From Limisphaerales bacterium (lineage in GTDB: Bacteria; Verrucomicrobiota; Verrucomicrobiia; Limisphaerales; JAJOIW01), in the NCBI GenBank assembly GCA_965657355.1, contig CBFHOE010000001.1, positions 575,705 through 594,323 on the forward strand: a DNA stretch of 18,619 nt. Reading direction: 5' to 3'. Shown piece by piece: positions 8,171 to 16,112 of this stretch (position 1 is its first letter; the number at the start of each line of letters is the position of its first letter). The notes beneath the pieces were generated by a model, which saw nothing but the letters and a program-made list of their open reading frames with translations, did not search any database and was not told the origin of the DNA. The position numbers were made by a program, and so were the translations under genes.

Positions 8171-8857
8171 GTGAAAAAAACAAACATTTTTTTACTTAAT
8201 ATCCTAGTTCTATTCACTCACCTCTCCTTGTGCGGTACTCTTGCAAGTGAGGCCACTAAAAACTGGGAAAAAATGGCTCTCGATGAGGCGCTCAAGCTTT
8301 ATATACTGGCTGCAGACGGAGATGAAAAATCTGTTTCTAAAGCCGAATCAATCGTAAAAAAAATTCTAGAGGGAAGTCCTAAACAATTTGAAGCTCATGC
8401 CATTCTTGGAGGCGTTTATACATTGAAAGCGCGAAGAAGTTTTTGGGCTAACAAAAAGATAAGCTATGTGAAGAGAGGCATGGAAATGATGGATAAAGCT
8501 GTGGAGGGAGCGCCTAAAAACCTCACCATACGATGGGTGAGAGGATCAAACAATATCCATATGCCCAAATTTCTAAATAGATTTGATTTAGCTAAAAATG
8601 ACCTGGAGATTGTCTGGGAAAAAATAATGAAAAATGCTGATGATTTCCCAATCCTCAGAAAACAAAAAACCGGCCACCTTTTTGGTATGGCTCTATATAA
8701 GAGTGGGGAAAAAGAAAAAGCCGATAAAACATGGAAAACGGCTATTGAATTTGCTCCAGACTCAATAATCAGTAAGAAAATATCTCAGACATCCAAAAAG
8801 CTAAAATCAAATAGCACAGACCAAAGCAAACTAGGCCCAGGCCGATTTCGACGATAG
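8171..8857 (+). CDS. Secreted/periplasmic TPR-like protein
   Basis: GTG at 8171 gives a signal peptide-like N-terminus (MKKTNIFLLNILVLFTHLSLCGTLA). Helical repeats such as AHAILGGVY, MDKAVEGAPKN and FGMALYKSGEKEKADKTWKTAIEFAPDS. Confidence 0.7.
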   Translation: MKKTNIFLLNILVLFTHLSLCGTLASEATKNWEKMALDEALKLYILAADGDEKSVSKAESIVKKILEGSPKQFEAHAILGGVYTLKARRSFWANKKISYVKRGMEMMDKAVEGAPKNLTIRWVRGSNNIHMPKFLNRFDLAKNDLEIVWEKIMKNADDFPILRKQKTGHLFGMALYKSGEKEKADKTWKTAIEFAPDSIISKKISQTSKKLKSNSTDQSKLGPGRFRR

Positions 8858-8870
8858 TTCTATTCCTTCC

Positions 8871-9716
8871 ATGACAGCATCAAAAGACGGTATTTCTATC
8901 TTAATTTCTGAGGAGGAAATTTCACAAAGAGTTCTTAAATTAGCTCACGAAATTGATCTCGATTTTGCCGGTAAGGAAGTCGTTATTGTCGGCATACTGA
9001 ATGGTACGATTCTTTTTTTGTCGGACTTAATACGCCAGGTCAAAACCCCTCTCAAGGTAGATTTTGTCGGCACATCTTCATATGGGGAAAATACGTTTTC
9101 AGGGAATCTCGTTTGGACCAAGCAACTTAACGAAAACATTCGAAATAAGCATGTTATCATCGTGGAGGATATATTGGAGACAGGTCAAACATTGCATCAT
9201 GTCTTGAAGCATATCCAAGCAAGTGAACCGAAATCTGTTAAGACCTGCATACTTTTGAGCAAAAATGTTAATAGAAATTTCCATATAGACCCCGACTATG
9301 TAGGTTTTGAAATCGAAGATGAGTTTGTTGTCGGTTACGGATTGGATTACGACGGAAGTTACAGGAACCTTCCATATATAGGCATTTTTAATTCAAAAGG
9401 AAAACTAAATGATCAACCTTTGAGTCAGCCCGAGGAGATTCCCAATGCTAGCAAAATCAATCCTGAAACAATCAATGTGACCGTCAGGTATTGGTCATTT
9501 TATCAATCGATAACCGGACAAGTAGAAGAAAAACTCAGCCTTCCCGTCAACTCAACCGTTGAGGACTTACAAAAAAAAATAACCTCTTTTTGGCCTGCGT
9601 TGAAAGAGCATGAATCGTCAATGCTCGTTGCTGTAGGGAATGACTACCACCAGAGCTCATACAAATTAAAAAACGAAGACAATATTTCTCTTTTTCCGCC
9701 GGTCCAAGGTGGATAG
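8871..9716 (+). CDS. hpt: Hypoxanthine phosphoribosyltransferase fused to a C-terminal MoaD/ThiS-family sulfur carrier
   Basis: Residues 1-173 are HPRT (ILISEEEI, GILNG, SSYG, VIIVEDILETGQTL, FVVGYGLDY, YRNLPYIG). A ~27-aa linker follows, then residues 201-281 form a MoaD-like beta-grasp domain ending SLFPPVQGG. One uninterrupted frame. Confidence 0.9.
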   Translation: MTASKDGISILISEEEISQRVLKLAHEIDLDFAGKEVVIVGILNGTILFLSDLIRQVKTPLKVDFVGTSSYGENTFSGNLVWTKQLNENIRNKHVIIVEDILETGQTLHHVLKHIQASEPKSVKTCILLSKNVNRNFHIDPDYVGFEIEDEFVVGYGLDYDGSYRNLPYIGIFNSKGKLNDQPLSQPEEIPNASKINPETINVTVRYWSFYQSITGQVEEKLSLPVNSTVEDLQKKITSFWPALKEHESSMLVAVGNDYHQSSYKLKNEDNISLFPPVQGG

Positions 9717-9728
9717 AAGTTTTTACAT

Positions 9729-10121
9729 ATGAAGAGAACGGTAAAAATTTACCCGTTTCCAATTCAAATGACATCCTCAGAAAATCATTCTGCGTTGGAT
9801 CCCCAATGTGGTTCAGTTATTGAGTTTCGAGGGCACGTGAGAGGCGATGAGGCTGGCTCTAAAATAACAGGTATTCATTATCAAGCCTTTGAGGATATGG
9901 CTCACCGTCAGTTTGAATTGATTCTGGATGTCGTAGAAAATACCTGGCCGATTGAAGAAATCGTCATACATCACGTTTTCGGGAAAGTTCCCGTCGGTGA
10001 GCCATCAATTTGGGTGAAGGTTATCTCAGGCCACCGCAAAGAAGGATTCGAGGCCATCCAATTTCTACTTTCACAGATGAAAATAAAAGTCCCGATATGG
10101 AAGGCCCCAATCAAATCTTAG
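9729..10121 (+). CDS. moaE: Molybdopterin synthase catalytic subunit MoaE
   Basis: CGSVIEFRGHVR, YQAFEDMA, SGHRKEGF and K..VPIWK motifs; starts 12 nt after the MoaD-like domain. Confidence 0.9.
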   Translation: MKRTVKIYPFPIQMTSSENHSALDPQCGSVIEFRGHVRGDEAGSKITGIHYQAFEDMAHRQFELILDVVENTWPIEEIVIHHVFGKVPVGEPSIWVKVISGHRKEGFEAIQFLLSQMKIKVPIWKAPIKS

Positions 10122-10154
10122 CATCATTGAATTTTAATTTTGCGAGATTTAAAA

Positions 10155-10358
10155 TCACCCGCCTGCCACTATATTTACGATTTCTAGGCTATCTCCATCC
10201 CGCAAATCTAACTCACCAAAACTAGATGGTGAAACAGCTTGCTTGTTTCTTTCAACGACTACCGACTTAACAGGAATATTCTGTTTGTTTAGAAATTCGG
10301 ATAGTTTGATCGGAAATTTTGTTTCTACCTTTCGGCCATTAGCCACTACGTATCCCAT
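10155..10358 (-). CDS. thiS: Sulfur carrier protein ThiS
   Basis: 67 aa with ANG, VVVERNKQAV and LRDGDSLEIVNIVAGG; C-terminal Gly-Gly. Confidence 0.9.
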   Translation of the reverse strand: MGYVVANGRKVETKFPIKLSEFLNKQNIPVKSVVVERNKQAVSPSSFGELDLRDGDSLEIVNIVAGG

Positions 10359-10924
10359 ACATGAGAGTTTCCAACTCTATTGACAAAAATGGCAATAGAA
10401 AAAATATAGCTAAATGGACCTAGAAACACTTATTTAAAAATGTGTCCCCGCTCCGCTGGTTAGAGGCAATTAAGGGCACAATCAACTGGCGACCAGCATT
10501 ATAACGGATCGATATTTTTGCAGAAGGAAGCCAAAATATAATGAGGACTTTTTATTTGTGGATAGTAGGGATGGCTTAAAAAACAGGGATAATTATCACC
10601 TTTTTATACCCGGCGGCAGCAAATTCGAATATGGAGGAAAACTATCCAAACGAGCTATTAAGGCTTATTCTTATAGTAAATAGCACAGCACCTTTATACT
10701 CCGGCTCCTTTCTTTAATTTTTCCAAAAATCTGAGATGGTCATTTTTTGCCTCATACATTTCACGGGATATTGTCGGCGAGCGGTTGTTTTTACATTTCA
10801 TTTTTTGTTAAACTGAAATTGCATCTGAGGTAAATCCTGCTTAGTCATTGCAATTCAACGTGAAAATTGTGAGCATAATAAAAATTATCTCATTCTTATT
10901 GGGACAAAAATCATTATATTTACG

Positions 10925-12499
10925 ATGACTTGGATTAAAAAGTTACACTGGCAAATTGTTATCAGCCTTGCTTTGGGCCTCGTATATGGAATTTTGGCAA
11001 CAAAGTTCGGTTGGCTTGATTTTACCAAGGACTGGATTGCCCCGTTTGGGACCATTTTTATCAGTCTCCTCAAATTGTGTGCCGTCCCACTGGTGATTGT
11101 TTCACTCATATGCGGTGTTGCCTCTCTATCAGATACCAGCAAACTCAGTCATTTGGGGGTAAAAACCATTCTCACTTACATCGCAACGACAGCTATCGCC
11201 ATCACAATTGGCCTTATCTTAGTCAATATTTTAAATCCAGGAAGCGACATCGACAAAGACGTCGCTGAGAGGATTCAGGCTGCCTATTCTTCCAATACAG
11301 AATCGGTCAGGTCTAACGCTGCCAGTGTTAAAGATCGTAGTCCGCTAAAACCACTTGTGGACATGGTCCCTGACAACCCTTTCCAATCTGTAAGTGACAA
11401 CAAAAACTTGCTCCAAATCGTATTTATTTCGATCTTTTTTGGTGTCACTTTAGTCATTATTCCCAAAAGATCGAGCCGACCTGTAATAGACGTTTTTAAT
11501 GGCCTTAACGCATGTTTAGTTAAAGCAGTTAAAATCGTTATTCTGTTGGCCCCTGTAGGTGTTTTTTCCTTGCTTGCTGGAGCAATTACCACTGCAGGAT
11601 CTGACGCAGGCGAAGTCCTTGGATCACTCGGCAAGTATGCGTTAACTGTAGTTCTAGCTCTCATCATTCATGGTGCTATTGTGTACCCATCAATAGTTCA
11701 GTTCCTTACTCCAGTTTCTGTCGTCAAGTTTTTCAAATCTATTTGGCCGGCACAGACCTTGGCTTTTTCCACAAGTTCTAGCGCTGCTGCTCTTCCCATT
11801 ACAATGGAGCGATGCCAAAACGAACTACAAGTCTCAAAAGAAAACAGTTCATTTATCCTCCCACTAGGAGCCACTATCAACATGGACGGAACGGCTCTCT
11901 ACCAAGCCATAGCCGTTGTGTTTTTAGCTAATGTTTTCGCTGAGCCATTAACACTTGGGGCGCAATTCAGTGTCCTTGTTGCTACACTTCTTGCTTCCAT
12001 TGGGACAGCAGCTGTTCCTTCAGCTGGATTGGTTATGCTTACGGCAATCTTAGTAGACAAAGGTATTCCAGCTGAAGCTGTAGGTCTTATTTGGGCACTG
12101 GACAGGCCTTTGGATATGTTGAGAACAGCTGTCAATGTTACCGGGGATGCCGCAGTTGCAACATTTATATCAAGCTCTGACATATCGGACAAAGACCGCA
12201 TCGATTATGGAAGTAGAACCCCTGGCCAAAGAGATGGCCGCAGAAGACCTCAAAGACGCCGTTACAGACCAAACAATCAAAAAAAGGGGAACGACAACCA
12301 ATCAAATTCAAAGGCGGATCAAAATAAAGATTCAAAGCAAAATTATAATCCGCGAAGACGAAGGCCCAATAGCGAGGGTCAAGATACTAGGGACGATGTG
12401 CAATCTGGGCAAAAAGGCCAGAACAGAAGAAACCCCAATCACGGCCAAAGGGGAAGACAAGGAAGGGGTAATAAAAGTAGCGACTCAGCGGAGTCATAA
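10925..12499 (+). CDS. Dicarboxylate/amino acid:cation symporter (DAACS, GltP/GltT-like) with a 106-aa Arg-rich C-terminal extension
   Basis: AFSTSSSAAALP (HP1), LPLGATINMDGTALYQ (TM7), SIGTAAVPSAG (HP2) and DRPLDMLRTAVNVTGD (TM8). The TM8 Arg typical of acidic amino acid transporters is retained. Confidence 0.95.
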   Translation: MTWIKKLHWQIVISLALGLVYGILATKFGWLDFTKDWIAPFGTIFISLLKLCAVPLVIVSLICGVASLSDTSKLSHLGVKTILTYIATTAIAITIGLILVNILNPGSDIDKDVAERIQAAYSSNTESVRSNAASVKDRSPLKPLVDMVPDNPFQSVSDNKNLLQIVFISIFFGVTLVIIPKRSSRPVIDVFNGLNACLVKAVKIVILLAPVGVFSLLAGAITTAGSDAGEVLGSLGKYALTVVLALIIHGAIVYPSIVQFLTPVSVVKFFKSIWPAQTLAFSTSSSAAALPITMERCQNELQVSKENSSFILPLGATINMDGTALYQAIAVVFLANVFAEPLTLGAQFSVLVATLLASIGTAAVPSAGLVMLTAILVDKGIPAEAVGLIWALDRPLDMLRTAVNVTGDAAVATFISSSDISDKDRIDYGSRTPGQRDGRRRPQRRRYRPNNQKKGNDNQSNSKADQNKDSKQNYNPRRRRPNSEGQDTRDDVQSGQKGQNRRNPNHGQRGRQGRGNKSSDSAES

Positions 12500-12506
12500 A
12501 ATACGC

Positions 12507-14384
12507 CTATTTTTCCAAGGCTTGTGTCACGAGAAGGTTATATGGATTCTGAAGTCGGTCCCCCATTAATTTGACTTGCCATTTAGCCTCGTCATTGACC
12601 CACGGTATGAGTCTGATCATATTTATCAAGGAACGATGAGCCCTTCTGTCTGGTGGTGAGATTGGTTCGATTAGTTCTCTTTGCATTCTAGAAAATTCCT
12701 CCAAAAAACATTCCGAAAATTGAACCTTATCATACTTTAGAAGCCCTAAGAGAGCCTTTTGATAATTGGGGTCATCGCTCATTCTATCTTGTAATTCAAT
12801 AGTAAGGCGACACGCCAAACTTGTTGACGAGGTATTTGCGATTAATGCGGCAAAGGCAACAGACCCCAAATCTATAAGCTTTTCACCTATACTTTCCCAG
12901 TTGGTATCCCATTCTCCCAGGTTCGATAATTTAAATTGATAATTGTCGTCAATTTCTTGTTCGACAGCATCTTCGAAAAGGTTAATGAGTATTCTTTTCC
13001 TTTTCATATCTTGGTCCGACAATGAATCACAGAAGATGTGTTTAAATTTGTGATAAAATTCCTTTGCTCCCATGCTTTCTGCGCAAAAAACAAAGTAATT
13101 AACAAATGCTTCTGTAGGAATATCAACCTCCAGGGATGATAAGAAATTCTTTGCAGATGGTTCTTCGCTTTTTGTGAGAATGTTTATTATGGAGGAGAGA
13201 AGTTTCGAATAACAACTGTTTAGATTCTTTGTATCGACTGTTGGTCTGGCGTGAATTTTGGATTCAATATTCGTCGTCAATCCTACAAGAACATCTACGT
13301 GGGCTTCTCTGAGGAATCCTGAGTGCAAACTTTGGATAAGATCAGCAAGTATTATATAGTTACAACTATCATCAAAAACCCTTGATTTTAAATCGAGGGC
13401 AGCAATCCCTGTTTCAATTTGATCCCATATAATTGAATGAATTTCACTATCATTCAATTTTTCAAAAAACCATTGCAAGCCCTGCCAATGCTTTGTCTTT
13501 TCAAATAGCTTAGTAAAAAAGTCTATCTTACCAGCCCATCGAGAATGGGAAAGTCCGCGTATTGCTGCATGTTTTACGGGTAATTCGGCAGAGCTGAGAA
13601 GCCCAATAGAAAAAGACCTACAGCTCGGTTCTCTCGCCAAATAATAGACTATCTCAGCCCTAAACTCAACGGACACCGAATTGATAATCTCTAGACCTTT
13701 TCTAACTGCTTTTTGAGGGTTTAAGTAATAAAGCGATTGAAATGACCTTAAATCACTTAAGTTTCCCTCAGAAGTTATGGAATCTTCTAAGTTTGCTTGG
13801 AATTTATTTCCATAGCTTGGAATGATATTTTGGCTGACGAAGTCTTCGATTTTATTGCTTTCGTTGTTGATGTCTTTGATGAGATCATCTCCGAATTGAA
13901 TATCGTCAAAATGACTTTCTTGGTGGGCGTCTTCAAATTGCTCAATGCTGCTTACGGTGCTAGGGATAAATTTAGAGCGACATCTACTGTAATCATTGCT
14001 ACTGAATCGCACGCTAGCTTGTATTCTTGATTGGGCCGAACCCCTGACTGGGTCCATTTCATGATCTTCCGGACTGGATATTTTAGACTTTATTGCAGAG
14101 CAATTAGTGACATGCATCCAGTGGAATTGCTTTTTTATCGACTCAAACTTCAATGTGCGTTCTTCTGCGCTCGCACCCAAATAATCCGCAATAAGCTTAG
14201 CAAGATGCCCCGTTTGTTTTTTTTCGGAGAATCTTTTGGCCCAAAATTCTAAATCTGAAATGATATCAGGATGATGGATACCTTTAATAAGTCCTGAGTT
14301 CAAACAATCCAAAACGGCCTTGATGTCAGCGTTTTGCTTGGTATTCAGTAAACCTGTTGAATTTATTGATAAATCGGAGCTCAT
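12507..14384 (-). CDS. Large alpha-helical hypothetical protein, HEAT-repeat-like
   Basis: 625-aa ORF coupled (ATGA overlap at 14381-14384) to the SWIM gene. Segments EFRAEIVYYLA and PVKHAAIRGLS resemble HEAT repeats. Confidence 0.6.
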   Translation of the reverse strand: MSSDLSINSTGLLNTKQNADIKAVLDCLNSGLIKGIHHPDIISDLEFWAKRFSEKKQTGHLAKLIADYLGASAEERTLKFESIKKQFHWMHVTNCSAIKSKISSPEDHEMDPVRGSAQSRIQASVRFSSNDYSRCRSKFIPSTVSSIEQFEDAHQESHFDDIQFGDDLIKDINNESNKIEDFVSQNIIPSYGNKFQANLEDSITSEGNLSDLRSFQSLYYLNPQKAVRKGLEIINSVSVEFRAEIVYYLAREPSCRSFSIGLLSSAELPVKHAAIRGLSHSRWAGKIDFFTKLFEKTKHWQGLQWFFEKLNDSEIHSIIWDQIETGIAALDLKSRVFDDSCNYIILADLIQSLHSGFLREAHVDVLVGLTTNIESKIHARPTVDTKNLNSCYSKLLSSIINILTKSEEPSAKNFLSSLEVDIPTEAFVNYFVFCAESMGAKEFYHKFKHIFCDSLSDQDMKRKRILINLFEDAVEQEIDDNYQFKLSNLGEWDTNWESIGEKLIDLGSVAFAALIANTSSTSLACRLTIELQDRMSDDPNYQKALLGLLKYDKVQFSECFLEEFSRMQRELIEPISPPDRRAHRSLINMIRLIPWVNDEAKWQVKLMGDRLQNPYNLLVTQALEK

Positions 14385-15811
14385 GAGATTAACCGTAGAA
14401 CCTCTCTTTCAGATACTAATGCAAGCGGTTTTGCCTGAATACCATTGGAACTTTCAGACCCATTATGAAATGAAACCAGCATGCTTTGTCTCTCTCTCAG
14501 ATCGAACGGGAGATACTTTAATATACTAAGAACAGAGAACTCATCTTCATCGCTACCACAAGAGAGTGGAAGAATCTCTTGATAAGAACTCTCGATATAC
14601 AAATCTCCTGCACTCTGAATTAGTTTTTCAAACATTAACAAGGCCACAGGGTGCTTTTCAGCGAGAGGATTAATCCAATTCGCCTTCACTTTATCAATCA
14701 ATGGTTGCCAATGAAGAATGCTCTTTTCTCTCAAAGCCAGTAAATCCTCAGGTAACAAATACCGAGTTCTGAATTCATCCCAACAAATCCCGTGATTGAA
14801 ATAACCGGGAATGACATAAGCCAACTCCGGCAAAATTACTTTGTCGGGTAAATCTAAATCATTTGAAATGGAGTTCTTGCTGACTTCATTAAGGCTATTT
14901 GTAACAAATATTTCGTTCTGATTTTTTCCATACCAAAACCCGAGGGATTCATCTTCCTTATAATCCCTTGAGTGATTTATGCCAGAGGAATAAAACCCCA
15001 ATTGTATTAATTGAGAATCTTCCAGAGTGAGACCACATTGCTGGAGCAACTCCTTGTTCCAATCAATCCATGGCTGATTTATAAAATCTGTAATATGAGT
15101 ATGCTCGGAAAGATTGTCAGTGTATAAGAGCTCTAAAAAATCGCGATTATGATGAATACAGGCCTGCAATTGACACATTAAGTCGGTGCAGATTTCGCAT
15201 GCCACCGGATTCGTCATGAGATTGTGCTGAACGCATCGATCCTCTCGTCCACCGCTCAAAGAATGCTCTAAACCGGTCAACACATCGGAGAGTTTTTTTA
15301 GGCCAGATTCTTCGGCACGTTCTCCTAATGATACCAATAAATTCAATTGCTTTTCCTTGATCGCAAATAACCCTTTACTCAACAACCATCGAATTAAGTC
15401 GTCAACTTCCATTAGAAGGTTTAGGAGTGGCGTAACGCTATCGTGGTCGACATTTTTTAAAATCCTGTCTATGGGGCTCGGATCAAACCGACAAAAGGCC
15501 GCCAACGGGGCTGGGCCACAATATATATCCTTTTCCTCAAGAAAACTGGAAAGCATGGATATCACATGGCTGCATGGGTATTCAGTTTGGCTGCAACCGC
15601 AGTGATAAACAGGAGTATCCGGGTCTATAAAGTAAGCAGAAGGAAAATAGTTGTCTTCACCATCACAGACCTTTCCAAAATAAAGTGACCCCTCTTGATT
15701 CTGGAAAAGACTTTCAACGGACTCAGCCGCAATTTTGCGAACAGAAACCGATTCAGTTAAACCGCACTCGGCGGGAACTAAGCTTTGGATGAATTCTTTT
15801 GATAACTTCAT
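14381..15811 (-). CDS. SWIM zinc-finger domain protein
   Basis: N-terminal YHCGCSQTEYPCSHVISML fits the SWIM CxC-xn-CxH signature, preceded by beta-strand-like LYFGKV and YFPSAYF segments. Confidence 0.75.
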   Translation of the reverse strand: MKLSKEFIQSLVPAECGLTESVSVRKIAAESVESLFQNQEGSLYFGKVCDGEDNYFPSAYFIDPDTPVYHCGCSQTEYPCSHVISMLSSFLEEKDIYCGPAPLAAFCRFDPSPIDRILKNVDHDSVTPLLNLLMEVDDLIRWLLSKGLFAIKEKQLNLLVSLGERAEESGLKKLSDVLTGLEHSLSGGREDRCVQHNLMTNPVACEICTDLMCQLQACIHHNRDFLELLYTDNLSEHTHITDFINQPWIDWNKELLQQCGLTLEDSQLIQLGFYSSGINHSRDYKEDESLGFWYGKNQNEIFVTNSLNEVSKNSISNDLDLPDKVILPELAYVIPGYFNHGICWDEFRTRYLLPEDLLALREKSILHWQPLIDKVKANWINPLAEKHPVALLMFEKLIQSAGDLYIESSYQEILPLSCGSDEDEFSVLSILKYLPFDLRERQSMLVSFHNGSESSNGIQAKPLALVSEREVLRLIS

Positions 15812-16071
15812 TCCATTACGATTTTAGGTCAAATTGCATATCTATTTTTAATAACCATAAGAAGCCACTATTCATAAACTCAGGTCAATTGTTTGGTATC
15901 AACTGCATAGTTTAGCGGCTCATTTAAGGATTTTCCTTAACGAGTGTCTTAAAATAACTCATTAAAATAATGAAAAAGCCTTAATCATACTAAATTATTG
16001 CCCGATTTTTGGGAGGTTTGCATAAAAATGGCACAACTATGAGAGTGAATCGCTGCACACATATCTCAATC

Positions 16072-16100
16072 GGATCTTTCAATAGGCGAAAGAAAGATCC
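16072..16100. repeat. Perfect 9-bp inverted repeat (possible terminator or stabilising hairpin)
   Basis: GGATCTTTC (16072-16080), 11-nt loop, GAAAGATCC (16092-16100), 12 nt past the stop of the minus-strand propeller gene. No U-tract follows. Confidence 0.45.
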
Positions 16101-16112
16101 CTCATGTGGGGC

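Noticed and set aside
10380..10410. Plus-strand sigma70 promoter from the perfect TTGACA
   Set aside because: The best -10 candidate (TATAGC) is 19 nt away and weak, and the next plus-strand gene is over 500 nt downstream.
10694..10801. 35-codon minus-strand ORF MKCKNNRSPTISREMYEAKNDHLRFLEKLKKGAGV
   Set aside because: Short, no clear ribosome-binding site and no recognisable motif; cannot be distinguished from chance.
10359..10924. TPP riboswitch before thiS, or glycine/Moco/ZTP riboswitch in the long intergenic region
   Set aside because: CTGAGA at 10731 is on the wrong strand for thiS and lacks the other TPP elements. ACTGGCGA near 10485 lacks the rest of the ZTP motif. No glycine or Moco consensus was recognised by eye; an Rfam scan would be decisive.
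12135..12569. 144-aa alternative-frame ORF overlapping the transporter tail
   Set aside because: Shadow ORF expected from the T-poor tail sequence. It has no recognisable domain and overlaps both the transporter and the convergent 625-aa gene.
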